From positions 32,001-96,000 of IMG/VR virus record IMGVR_UViG_3300043570_001741: 64,000 nt of DNA; one strand, 5' to 3'. The translations under genes and the position numbers were made by a program. Shown here in pieces: positions 1-8,999 of the stretch. Every line of letters begins with the position of its first letter. The first letter of the stretch is position 1. The DNA is from a virus. The notes beneath the pieces are model-generated. The model made no database searches and was not told the origin of the DNA. It saw only the letters and a list, made by a program, of their open reading frames with translations.

Positions 1-2
1 CT

Positions 3-257
3 AACATAGATGCTGAGTTGATTAAACAACTGAAGCGTAAATTGGATACTCAGAAGTTTTTACATTCATTCAATCCTGGTTATGATTCGTTCTTCCTAAT
101 TTCTGGTGGAAATGATTTAATGACCAATGATGGTGAAATTGAGGTTGATGGTAAACTTACAGCATCTAAGCTCAAGAATGCTTTTATGAAGTTCAATAAA
201 GGCAAACAGATTAACCGAGTGTTAGTCTCCAAGTTCATTCAAGGCATTGCTGCCTGA
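3..257 (+). CDS. C-terminal fragment of a probable CobT-like/vWA partner protein (truncated by window edge)
   Basis: Frame is open from the window edge; lies directly upstream of a CobS/MoxR ATPase, as in T4-like phages. Confidence 0.55.
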   Translation, partial: NIDAELIKQLKRKLDTQKFLHSFNPGYDSFFLISGGNDLMTNDGEIEVDGKLTASKLKNAFMKFNKGKQINRVLVSKFIQGIAA

Positions 258-259
258 GT

Positions 260-310
260 GTTGTATTAATACAACAGGGTGGTTGACAATACCTCCTGTT
301 GTGTTATAAT
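260..310 (+). promoter_or_regulatory. Sigma70-type promoter with upstream GTTG-N8-CAAC palindrome
   Basis: Palindrome 260-275; TTGACA 283-288; TGn-TATAAT 302-310. Confidence 0.8.
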
Positions 311-336
311 ATACCCTATATTATGAAAGATTTATT

Positions 337-1503
337 ATGACAGCTCGTACTGAAATCCGTGAAAAGTTTATGTCCACTCTGCAAGCACTTGGCAAAGCCG
401 AAGTGACTAAAGCAGAAATCAAATCCATTTGTGCAACTCTTGGCATTTCTGGTGCTCAATGGTTTACCAAAGAAGAATCGAACCGTGTTGGTCGTGGTAA
501 ATACCTTGTACCTAATCCCGCATTAATATCAATGCAAGCCAATGTTGTGCCTATGAAAAAACCAGTTGAACAATCAAATCATAGAATTGTTAATGTAGTT
601 ACTGACCTTGATACTACAAACTTAATTCCAACACCATATCGCAATTATGTCCCATTCGGTGACTTTGACGATATTGTTTCAATCGTGAAATCAAATCGAT
701 TCTTTCCAGTATTCATTACTGGTCATTCAGGTAATGGTAAAACAATGTCTATTGAACAGGCCTGTGCAAAGGCTCGCCGTAAATTCATTTGCGTATCAAT
801 GACACCTGAAACTGATGAAGGTGATTTGCTTGGTAACTATGTGTTGATTGATGGTAATATGGAATGGCGTGATGGTCCTGTAACAACAGCGGCTCGTCAA
901 GGCGCTGTGTTATGTATTGATGAAATCGATTATGGTGCTCAGAACCTTTCCTCTTTGCAACGTGTACTTGAAGGCAAACCTTTCATGTTGAAAAAGAAAG
1001 GTGAATTGATTACACCTGCTGAAGGTTTCACCGTGTTTGCTACTGCAAATACTAAAGGTAAAGGTTCAGATGATGGTCGTTACATGTTCACCAATGTTTT
1101 GAACGAAGCGTTCCTTGAGCGTTTCCCCAATACATACGAACAACAATGGCCACCAACTAATATTGAAAAGAAAATCATTAAGAAAGAATTGGTTTCTGTT
1201 GGTCGTGATGATGAAGACTTTGCCGACAAACTGGTAATGTGGGCAGATACCATTCGTAAAACATTCTTGGATGGTGGTTGTGATGAAGTGATTTCCACTC
1301 GCCGTTTGGTACACATTGTGAATACATTTGGTATTCATGGTGATAAAATGAAATCTATTGGCTTGTGCTTAAACCGTTTTGATGATGACACAAAGGCAAG
1401 TTTTGTTGATTTGTATACCAAGATTGATGCAGGTATTAATCCTGATGCGCCACCTGTTATTGTGCCTGAAACCACACAACAATCGGAAGAAATTCCATTC
1501 TAA
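337..1503 (+). CDS. cobS: CobS/MoxR-like AAA+ ATPase
   Basis: Walker A GHSGNGKT, Walker B LCIDEID, ATANTKGKG, LNEAFLERF, ISTRRLVH. Confidence 0.9.
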   Translation: MTARTEIREKFMSTLQALGKAEVTKAEIKSICATLGISGAQWFTKEESNRVGRGKYLVPNPALISMQANVVPMKKPVEQSNHRIVNVVTDLDTTNLIPTPYRNYVPFGDFDDIVSIVKSNRFFPVFITGHSGNGKTMSIEQACAKARRKFICVSMTPETDEGDLLGNYVLIDGNMEWRDGPVTTAARQGAVLCIDEIDYGAQNLSSLQRVLEGKPFMLKKKGELITPAEGFTVFATANTKGKGSDDGRYMFTNVLNEAFLERFPNTYEQQWPPTNIEKKIIKKELVSVGRDDEDFADKLVMWADTIRKTFLDGGCDEVISTRRLVHIVNTFGIHGDKMKSIGLCLNRFDDDTKASFVDLYTKIDAGINPDAPPVIVPETTQQSEEIPF

Positions 1504-1540
1504 TAAATGCGGCAGAGATTATTCTTTGCCGTAAAAAGTG

Positions 1541-1569
1541 TTGACACACTCACTTAAACGTGTTATAAT
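1541..1569 (+). promoter_or_regulatory. Sigma70-type promoter
   Basis: TTGACA-17-TATAAT with extended TG; preceded by hairpin 1509-1532. Confidence 0.85.
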
Positions 1570-1647
1570 ATATCATATTTTGAGAGAATGAATCTCCTCT
1601 CAAATACTTCCCCTCAATTGAGATTCGTTTTTATTATGGAGACTACT

Positions 1648-1920
1648 ATGTCCGCTAAATCTAAAGTCCTCGCCTATCTTTCCAAGACTGGTTCTTACAA
1701 CACATTGACACCTACCAAGATGCAATCTGTTTTCGGTGTTGCAAATCCTTCCGCAACCATCAATGAATTGCGTAACGAAGGCTATGCAATCTACTTGAAC
1801 AGCCGTGTTACACCATCTGGTGACAAGGTTTCGTTCTATCGTTTGGGCACACCAACTAAACGTGTAGTTGCTGCTGGCATCGCCGCAATTCGTTCACAAG
1901 GAACACGTGCTTTTGCCTAA
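1648..1920 (+). CDS. Small winged-helix/HTH DNA-binding protein
   Basis: GGAG RBS at 1638; pattern FGVANPSATINELRNEGYAI...YRLG. Confidence 0.65.
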   Translation: MSAKSKVLAYLSKTGSYNTLTPTKMQSVFGVANPSATINELRNEGYAIYLNSRVTPSGDKVSFYRLGTPTKRVVAAGIAAIRSQGTRAFA

Positions 1921-1940
1921 TTCTTTATAGAATAACACTC

Positions 1941-1978
1941 AGAGGAGGGATATATAATAGTATCCCTCCTCTTTTTTA
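1941..1978 (+). terminator. Intrinsic terminator
   Basis: AGAGGAGGGATA...TATCCCTCCTCT followed by T-run. Confidence 0.85.
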
Positions 1979-1993
1979 TTTTATGGATACATT

Positions 1994-2809
1994 ATGGAAA
2001 TTGAAGTTAAACTTGAAGAACTAAAAAAGGCAAAGTTGTTTATTGCTACACCAATGTATGGTGGCATGTCACACGGCCTTTATGTTAAGTCTTGCTTAGA
2101 CTTACAAACTACAATGGCGAAATACGGAGTTGAAACTAAGTTTTCATTCCTGTTTAATGAATCGCTAATCACTCGAGCTAGAAATTATTTGGTTGACGAA
2201 TTCTTGCGCTCTGGTTTTACACACTTATTGTTTATCGATTCTGATATTCATTACAGTCCGCAAGATGTGTTAGCACTTCTAGCACTTGATAAGGATGTTA
2301 TTGGTGGTCCTTATCCTAAGAAATCTATCAACTGGGGTAATATCGCTTCTGCGGCACGTACACATCCAGGTTTGGAACCTAGAGAGCTTGAGAACCTTGT
2401 TGGCGAATATGTCTTCAACGTTGTTAAAGGCACATCACAATTTACTGTAACAGAACCACTTGAAGTTATGGAAATTGGTACAGGTTTCATGTTGGTTAAG
2501 AGTGAAGTGTTTGAGAAAATGGAAAAACAATATCCAACTATCAAATACAAACCAGACCATGTTGGCCAAGCAAACTTTGATGGCTCACGATACATCCATG
2601 CTTTCTTTGATACAGTAATTGATACCAAAGATAGTATTACAGGCGGTGGTTCTGAACGTTATCTAAGTGAAGACTATATGTTCTGCCAAATGTGGCGCAA
2701 GATGGGTGGTAAAATCTTCTTGTGTCCATGGATGAGAACACAACACATTGGTACATATGCCTTTACTGGTAATATGCCTGCTGTTGCACAGTACACAGGA
2801 AAACTATGA
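1994..2809 (+). CDS. GT-A fold glycosyltransferase-like protein
   Basis: ATPMYGG, SLITRARN, DxD motif FIDSDI, LSEDYMFC. Confidence 0.7.
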   Translation: MEIEVKLEELKKAKLFIATPMYGGMSHGLYVKSCLDLQTTMAKYGVETKFSFLFNESLITRARNYLVDEFLRSGFTHLLFIDSDIHYSPQDVLALLALDKDVIGGPYPKKSINWGNIASAARTHPGLEPRELENLVGEYVFNVVKGTSQFTVTEPLEVMEIGTGFMLVKSEVFEKMEKQYPTIKYKPDHVGQANFDGSRYIHAFFDTVIDTKDSITGGGSERYLSEDYMFCQMWRKMGGKIFLCPWMRTQHIGTYAFTGNMPAVAQYTGKL

Positions 2810-3159
2810 CGCCAAGGTTTGATGAAGAAGATACGGATGTAGTAAAAGCTTCTCAAACCGCCACTACTGGTGGTCGCAAATTCGATGGTAACAAGCTAGA
2901 ATACGGCTTGTTACCGCCGAAGGCATTAGAAGCTACTGTTGACGTTCTTACATTTGGTGCCCAAAAGTATGAGCGTGATAATTGGAAAAAAGTACCTGAT
3001 TCAAAACGCAGGTATTTTGATGCCCTACAGAGGCATTTATGGGCTTGGAAAACGGGTGAAATTGAAGATGTTGAATCTGGCAAACATCACCTTGCTCATG
3101 CTATGTGTTGCCTCATGTTTCTATATGAACATGATACAATCCATTCTGTGAATGATTAA
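2806..3159 (+). CDS. dATP/dGTP diphosphohydrolase-like protein (DUF5664)
   Basis: GRKFDGNK, FGAQKY..DNW, ALQRHL, DVESGKHHLAHA. Confidence 0.8.
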   Translation: MTPRFDEEDTDVVKASQTATTGGRKFDGNKLEYGLLPPKALEATVDVLTFGAQKYERDNWKKVPDSKRRYFDALQRHLWAWKTGEIEDVESGKHHLAHAMCCLMFLYEHDTIHSVND

Positions 3160-3176
3160 TTTTTTTGGAGTATATT

Positions 3177-3863
3177 ATGAAACTATCGAGTGAAACCCTT
3201 TCCGTCTTAAAGAATTTTGGTACTATTAACCAAGGTCTGTTCTTTAAAACTGGTAAAACCCTAAAGACCGTATCGTCACACAAGAACATTCTTGCACAAG
3301 TGACAATCAATGAAGAAGTGCCTACAGATTTTGGTGTTTATGACCTAAACAACTTTTTGTCGGTTGTTTCTTTACACAAAGATGACCCATCATTTGAGTT
3401 TGATGAAAAACATGTTGTAATCGTTGGCAACAAAGGCCGTTCTAAGATTAAGTACCGCTTCTGTGACCCTACAATGATTAACACGCCACCAGAAAAAGAA
3501 CTGACAATGCCTGAGGCTGAAATTACTTTCAACCTAACGTCAGAAGATTTTGATTGGATTCTCCGTGCGGCATCTGTGTTGTCTTCACCACAAATTGCTA
3601 TTGAATCTGATGGTACAGAAGTAAACATTGTGACATTAGACACACAAAATGATTCTGCTCATACTGATGCATTGAAACTTGATACTGTTGGTAATGGTAG
3701 TAAGTATCGTATGATTTTCAAAACAGAAAATGTTAGCAAGATTTTGCCTGGAACATATGATGTATCCATTTCATCAAAAGGCATCTCACATTTCAAAAAC
3801 AAAAATGTAACATTGCAATACTGGATTACTACAGAACAAGGTAGTAAATTCTCCAAAGAATAA
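3177..3863 (+). CDS. 45: Sliding clamp gp45
   Basis: MKLS.ETL.VLKNF..IN N-terminus, FGVYDLNNFL; synteny with gp44/62. Confidence 0.95.
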   Translation: MKLSSETLSVLKNFGTINQGLFFKTGKTLKTVSSHKNILAQVTINEEVPTDFGVYDLNNFLSVVSLHKDDPSFEFDEKHVVIVGNKGRSKIKYRFCDPTMINTPPEKELTMPEAEITFNLTSEDFDWILRAASVLSSPQIAIESDGTEVNIVTLDTQNDSAHTDALKLDTVGNGSKYRMIFKTENVSKILPGTYDVSISSKGISHFKNKNVTLQYWITTEQGSKFSKE

Positions 3864-3902
3864 TTGTTCTTTTTTTTATTATGATTTATGTGAAAGGTTC
3901 CT

Positions 3903-4835
3903 ATGGAACATCTATTGTGGACAGAGAAGTATCGGCCTCAAACAATCGAGGATTGTATTCTACCAGAAAGGTTGAAAAAACCATTCCAAGAATACGTGAA
4001 TCAGAAAAACATTCCCAATCTTCTGCTGGCTGGTGGGGCAGGAGTAGGGAAGACAACAGTAGCGAAAGCCATGTGCAACGAAATCGGTTGCGACTACATG
4101 GTAATCAATGGTTCTGACGAATCAGGTATTGACACATTCAGAACCAAGATTAAGAATTATGCCTCGTCAATGAGTTTAACTGGTGGCCGCAAGGTCATCA
4201 TCATTGACGAAGCTGATTATTTGAATCCTAATTCTACACAACCAGCCTTACGTAATGCTATTGAAGAATTTGCAAGCAATTGTTCATTCATTTTCACATG
4301 TAATTACAAGAATCGTATCATTGAACCATTGCATTCACGTTGTGCAGTTATTGAATTCTCGTTGAAGAATGGTGAGAAAGCCAAGATGGCCTCTGCGTTC
4401 TTTAAGAGAGTTCAGAATGTTTTGCAAAGTGAAAATGTTGAGTATGAAGACAAGGTTATTGCTGAGTTAACAAAGAAACACTTTCCAGATTTTCGCCGTA
4501 TTCTAAATGAGTTACAGCGTTACTCACAGTTTGGTAAAATCGATACAGGCATTCTTGCTCAAATCGGTGATGTTTCTATTGATGAAGTTGTAAAGTTTAT
4601 CCGTGATAAGGACTTTGGTGCTATTCGTAAATGGGTTGCAACCAATGAAGTGGATTCTGGTACATTATTCCGTAAGATTTACGATTCGATGTATGATGTA
4701 ATGAAACCTCAATCTATTCCACAAGCAGTATTGATTCTTGCTGACTACCAGTACAAGTCTGCTTTTGTGGCCGACCATGAGATTAATACAGTTGCTTGCT
4801 TGACAGAAATCATGGTGAATTGTGAGTTTGTATGA
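3903..4835 (+). CDS. 44: Clamp loader subunit gp44
   Basis: LWTEKYRP, GVGKTT, IIIDEAD, SRC motif. Confidence 0.95.
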   Translation: MEHLLWTEKYRPQTIEDCILPERLKKPFQEYVNQKNIPNLLLAGGAGVGKTTVAKAMCNEIGCDYMVINGSDESGIDTFRTKIKNYASSMSLTGGRKVIIIDEADYLNPNSTQPALRNAIEEFASNCSFIFTCNYKNRIIEPLHSRCAVIEFSLKNGEKAKMASAFFKRVQNVLQSENVEYEDKVIAELTKKHFPDFRRILNELQRYSQFGKIDTGILAQIGDVSIDEVVKFIRDKDFGAIRKWVATNEVDSGTLFRKIYDSMYDVMKPQSIPQAVLILADYQYKSAFVADHEINTVACLTEIMVNCEFV

Positions 4836-5122
4836 TTTTAGATTTATTCAAACCTACAGTAGAATGGATTAAAAATGACTGGTACAGTAATCGTTTTCGT
4901 TTTGGCGTTGAGCTTATTGCTTGGGGTATCAGTATTGGGTGTTCTATTACCATGGCTCTCACAGTCCCGAATCCTCCCCTACTATATCTTTACCCTATTT
5001 GGATTGTCGGCTGTGGTCTCTACGCTTGGGCTGCTTGGACTCGCAAATCTTTTGGCATGTTGGCTAACTACATGCTTTTGGTAACAATTGATTCTGTTGG
5101 ATTGATTAGGATGCTAACATGA
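4832..5122 (+). CDS. Small membrane protein
   Basis: Three hydrophobic segments; translationally coupled between gp44 and gp62. Confidence 0.7.
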   Translation: MILDLFKPTVEWIKNDWYSNRFRFGVELIAWGISIGCSITMALTVPNPPLLYLYPIWIVGCGLYAWAAWTRKSFGMLANYMLLVTIDSVGLIRMLT

Positions 5123-5502
5123 GTCCATTTGATTATGTCAATTCAATCCTACAAAACAAGAAACAGTTAATTGTAGATGAGGCTACAGAAAAGGAATATG
5201 CACCTTTTCTAGTCAATCGCAGTCTTTCCTATCATAAAGACTGTATCATGTATGCAAATGAGATGAACCGGAGGCACTTCCTCGATAAAAAACTACAGAA
5301 TGATTTCCTTCTAAATACGGTAAGGTCACAGAAAAGACCATTTGCTAAGTGGGCTAAAGTTGAAAAAAGTGAAGATTTAGAATGTATAAAGCAAGTCTAT
5401 AATTTCTCCAATTCTAAAGCTCGTGACGCCTTGCGTCTCCTTAGCAAAGAACAAATCCAAGAATTAAAAGAAAAAACCGACACCGGTGGATTAAGGAAAT
5501 GA
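5119..5502 (+). CDS. 62: Clamp loader subunit gp62
   Basis: Y.PFLVNRSLS, ANEMN, Q.DFLLN; synteny. Confidence 0.9.
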   Translation: MSPFDYVNSILQNKKQLIVDEATEKEYAPFLVNRSLSYHKDCIMYANEMNRRHFLDKKLQNDFLLNTVRSQKRPFAKWAKVEKSEDLECIKQVYNFSNSKARDALRLLSKEQIQELKEKTDTGGLRK

Positions 5503-5503
5503 T

Positions 5504-5908
5504 ATGGTTGATTTATCAAAGTTCGTTGAGGTTATTCTTAACGAACAGGATGATTTTTTAAAGGTTCGTGAAACCCTAACAAGAATTGGTGTATCCTCTC
5601 GCAAAGAGAAAGTGTTATACCAATCTTGCCATATTCTGCATAAGCAGGGTAAGTATTATATTGTACACTTTAAAGAATTGTTTGCATTAGACGGAAAACC
5701 ATCTAATATTTCTGAGAATGATATTCAAAGACGTAATGCTATTGCCAATTTATTAGAAGAATGGGGTCTGATTAAAATCTTGAATAAAGAAATTATGACT
5801 GACAACATTGCACCATTACATCAAATTAAAATTATAGCTTTCAAAGAGAAAGACCAATGGGAACTTATTGCTAAGTATAACATTGGTAAGAAAACTCAGG
5901 ATTATTGA
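5504..5908 (+). CDS. regA: Translational repressor RegA
   Basis: DDFLKVRETLTRIG, LYQSCHILHKQGKYYIVHFKELF. Confidence 0.97.
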   Translation: MVDLSKFVEVILNEQDDFLKVRETLTRIGVSSRKEKVLYQSCHILHKQGKYYIVHFKELFALDGKPSNISENDIQRRNAIANLLEEWGLIKILNKEIMTDNIAPLHQIKIIAFKEKDQWELIAKYNIGKKTQDY

Positions 5909-5922
5909 TATGGTGATACATT

Positions 5923-6105
5923 ATGAAAACAGAACCAAAAAAAGTACAATTGAAAAACCTCTACACGGGTGATATTGTGTGGACGGATAATTATAATGAT
6001 GTTAACAAAATAAATGAAGTTGAGTTTATACTTGTCTATAAAGAGAGTAACCCACAACGAAAGTATTTTGTTAACCGCTTGGCATTCGAAACGCTAACTA
6101 AATAA
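5923..6105 (+). CDS. Hypothetical protein
   Basis: 60-aa ORF continuing the operon. Confidence 0.55.
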   Translation: MKTEPKKVQLKNLYTGDIVWTDNYNDVNKINEVEFILVYKESNPQRKYFVNRLAFETLTK

Positions 6106-6109
6106 TTAA

Positions 6110-6300
6110 ACCCACTCGGGATGGGACAAGGTGGGAGGTAACCTTGTTAAACACCTTCAACGAACCCACCTTAGGGCCGTTTGATGCTACGGTAACAAGG
6201 CGTCCGTGCAATTGAACTGCCACACGTTAGTTGGTCCAGTATAAAGTAAGCTGGATGATATGCCTTCGGGGTATCAATTTTATCAACTCGCTTAATAGGA
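6110..6300 (+). ncRNA. Candidate structured RNA/leader upstream of hsp20
   Basis: GC-rich intergenic region with several hairpins, including a C(UUCG)G stem at 6256-6276. Confidence 0.5.
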
Positions 6301-6307
6301 GAAAACT

Positions 6308-6778
6308 ATGACTCGCTTTACAACATTGTATCCTCAGTTTGTTGGATTTGACCAATTGTTTAATGAGCTCGAAAGACTCGTTGAAGGTCAAGCACCGACA
6401 CGCAACACTTCTTTTCCACCACATAACGTAATCAAAGTAGATGACAGTCATTATGTCGTTGAACTGGCCGTTGCTGGTTTTGCCAAGGATGAAATCGACA
6501 TTGAGTTGGACGATGGACTTCTTGTTGTCAAAGGTGAAAAGAAAGATAAGGACACCGAAGTAACATATATCCATCGTGGTATTGGTACTCGTTCGTTCAC
6601 AAAATCTTTAACAATTGCTGATACAGTTGAAGTCCGTGGTGCAGAATTCAAGGATGGAATTTTGCGAATTGGTTTGGAGAATGTAATTCCTGAACACAAG
6701 AAACCACGTAAAATTGAAATCGGTAATGGATTAAAGTTACCTAAACCACAACTGCTTCAAGAAAAAGAAACAGTTTAA
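6308..6778 (+). CDS. hsp20: Small heat shock protein Hsp20/IbpA
   Basis: FPPHNVIK, ELAVAGF, HRGI..RSF, DGIL.I.LE...PE.KKPRKI.I. Confidence 0.95.
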   Translation: MTRFTTLYPQFVGFDQLFNELERLVEGQAPTRNTSFPPHNVIKVDDSHYVVELAVAGFAKDEIDIELDDGLLVVKGEKKDKDTEVTYIHRGIGTRSFTKSLTIADTVEVRGAEFKDGILRIGLENVIPEHKKPRKIEIGNGLKLPKPQLLQEKETV

Positions 6779-6781
6779 TTG

Positions 6782-6802
6782 ATGGAGCTTCGGCTCCATT
6801 TT
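6782..6802 (+). terminator. Intrinsic terminator
   Basis: ATGGAGC-TTCG-GCTCCAT then TTT. Confidence 0.85.
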
Positions 6803-6810
6803 AATATATT

Positions 6811-7599
6811 ATGTCATTACTTGTTCTCAGTCATTTCCATAAAGATTTTCCAATTAACCTCAATTCGTCTTGGTTGATTCCATCCTTTGCGGGTGATAAA
6901 CTATCAATTAAGGCAGTTGATGCTACAGAAGAAATCAAAGACTTCCGACACTACTATGTTGGTGTAAGTGACGAACAATTTTATCGTGCAATGGGTGCTC
7001 AAGCAACTGAGTATATGATGTTAAAGTCTTCAACAAATCTTCCTGATTATGTTGGATGTTTAACCTATCGTAGATATCTTTTGCTGAACGACCAGATACC
7101 ACAAGATAAAGTCAATATGCCTCCGACACAAGAGGTTGCTGACCAATTTGGTACAAAAGAAGAAAAAGATTTGATTGAAGAACTATTCAAGTCATATGAT
7201 GTAATCACCAATAAGAATGTTACCTTTAATTGTTCAATCGAGCAACAATACTTAATGTATGAACTGCCTGAACATTGGTTCCTATTCAAAGAGGCTATTA
7301 CAAAATTATGTCCTGAATATGTAAATGATATGTCGTGGTTTACAGAGAACAACTCAATGCACGCTGAAACATCCTATATTATGAAACGTGAATGCTTTGT
7401 TAAGTATGCTACTGAGTTGTTCCAAATATTAAAGTATGTTTTCGATAATTGTAGTGAAGTTTATCCAGTACAAGATGGAAGATGTAGTGAAATATATCCT
7501 TGGAGATATCCTGGTTATTTGGGTGAAAGGTTTTTACCTTTCTTTGTTTATGCAAATAAATTGAAAGCGAAGCAATTTCCACTTGCTATTTTAATATGA
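6811..7599 (+). CDS. DUF4422-like glycosyltransferase-associated protein
   Basis: YVG...YRRYL and R..GYLGER motifs. Confidence 0.65.
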   Translation: MSLLVLSHFHKDFPINLNSSWLIPSFAGDKLSIKAVDATEEIKDFRHYYVGVSDEQFYRAMGAQATEYMMLKSSTNLPDYVGCLTYRRYLLLNDQIPQDKVNMPPTQEVADQFGTKEEKDLIEELFKSYDVITNKNVTFNCSIEQQYLMYELPEHWFLFKEAITKLCPEYVNDMSWFTENNSMHAETSYIMKRECFVKYATELFQILKYVFDNCSEVYPVQDGRCSEIYPWRYPGYLGERFLPFFVYANKLKAKQFPLAILI

Positions 7600-8054
7600 A
7601 ACAGAAATTTATAGATGCACACATGAAAGTGGCTGAAGTATATGCAGGATTATCTTCAGCAAAGAGACTTCAAGTTGGTGCAATTATTGTAAAAGATGAC
7701 CGCATCATTTCTATTGGCTACAATGGTATGCCAAGTGGATGGGATAACAACTGTGAATATGTTGCTGATGTTCATCCTAGTGATCCTAGATATGATTACA
7801 ATAATTTTAGCAAAGAACTTAAAACCAAACCAGAGGTACTACATGCCGAAACCAATGCAATCGCTAAATTGGCTAGGACTACTGAGAGTGGTTTAGGTGC
7901 TACTATGTTTGTAACTCATGCGCCTTGTATTGATTGTGCCAAGTTGGTTTTCCAAAGTGGTATCAATAGTGTTTATTATCGGAATAGTTATCGTGATGAT
8001 GACGGAATTGAATTTTTAAAGAAGTGTAACGTAGAGGTAATTAAATATGACTAG
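7596..8054 (+). CDS. cd: dCMP deaminase
   Basis: GYNG, HAE.NAI, PC.DC zinc motifs. Confidence 0.95.
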   Translation: MKQKFIDAHMKVAEVYAGLSSAKRLQVGAIIVKDDRIISIGYNGMPSGWDNNCEYVADVHPSDPRYDYNNFSKELKTKPEVLHAETNAIAKLARTTESGLGATMFVTHAPCIDCAKLVFQSGINSVYYRNSYRDDDGIEFLKKCNVEVIKYD

Positions 8055-8412
8055 TGTTTTTAAAGATGTTGAAACGTTTATGACGGCTGCAGGCCAAACT
8101 ACAGATACGGATAATGGTGAACAAGCATTGTTGTACCGAAGGCTAATCAATGAAGAATACCACGAATTCATTGATGCTGTTAGTAAGAATGATGATGTTG
8201 AAACCATCGATGCCTGTTTTGATACTATGTGGGTAATCATTGGGTATATGAAGTCTCGTGGTTGGGACACAAAGGGTGTTTGGGATGAAGGTTCCCTTAG
8301 TAACCTAAAGAAGATTGATAGCAAAACTAAAACGGTAATCAAACGTGAAGACGGCAAAGTTCTTAAACCTGAAGGTTGGAAGAAGCCAGATTTCACCAAG
8401 TTTGCCAAGTAA
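8047..8412 (+). CDS. MazG-like NTP pyrophosphohydrolase
   Basis: LI.EE..EF, DA..D, SN..K, REDGKVLKP.GW..PD. Confidence 0.85.
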   Translation: MTSVFKDVETFMTAAGQTTDTDNGEQALLYRRLINEEYHEFIDAVSKNDDVETIDACFDTMWVIIGYMKSRGWDTKGVWDEGSLSNLKKIDSKTKTVIKREDGKVLKPEGWKKPDFTKFAK

Positions 8413-8416
8413 AAGC

Positions 8417-8445
8417 TTGCAATTTATTAAGAAGTCTGTTATAAT
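8417..8445 (+). promoter_or_regulatory. Sigma70-type promoter
   Basis: TTGCAA-17-TATAAT with extended TG. Confidence 0.7.
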
Positions 8446-8475
8446 ACATTATCGTATATTTTTTAAGAGGTAAAT

Positions 8476-8694
8476 ATGAATTTACGTGAAGTGGCCAAAA
8501 GGTTGGTCAATGAGTACAAAATGCCTCATGCGGACAGATATGAACTGTTCTTGCGTGAGTTTGATAACAAGGTCGAGGTTGTTGGTTGGATGCAAGACCC
8601 AACCATTGATGCTCACAAGTTTAACGGCCGTGAGATGCTTATCCCAAAACGTTGGGTTACCATTGGTGTAGTTGATGCGGAGGTTCGTGTATGA
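8476..8694 (+). CDS. Hypothetical protein
   Basis: GAGG RBS, downstream of a promoter. Confidence 0.7.
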   Translation: MNLREVAKRLVNEYKMPHADRYELFLREFDNKVEVVGWMQDPTIDAHKFNGREMLIPKRWVTIGVVDAEVRV

Positions 8695-8987
8695 ATCTCC
8701 AATTAATTACTTTCAAAACAAACCACACCCTTTTGGCTGAGGTTGTGGAAGAATCAGGTTATATTCTGGTAAAGAAACCTGTTCAATGCATCATGCAACC
8801 AACTAAAGATGGCCCTATGATGGCATTCTCTCCTTTTATCCAATTCTGTGAAGAATTTGAAACTGGTATCAGAATCAATAATGAGGACATTCTTTGTACC
8901 ACAACTCCTTTACGGGAATTGATGAATCAGTATAGTGAAATGTTTGGGTCTGGCATTCAAATTGCCACATCTATTCCAAAATTCTGA
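8691..8987 (+). CDS. Hypothetical protein (Sm-like, typical upstream of gp43)
   Basis: Coupled ORF; Y...FGSGI C-terminus. Confidence 0.65.
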   Translation: MNLQLITFKTNHTLLAEVVEESGYILVKKPVQCIMQPTKDGPMMAFSPFIQFCEEFETGIRINNEDILCTTTPLRELMNQYSEMFGSGIQIATSIPKF

Positions 8988-8999
8988 TATAATGTATGA

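Noticed and set aside
2806-3159. 2-aminoadenine or 7-deazaguanine DNA modification suggested by DUF5664
   Set aside because: No purZ, que or dpdA genes in the window; a single hydrolase is insufficient evidence.
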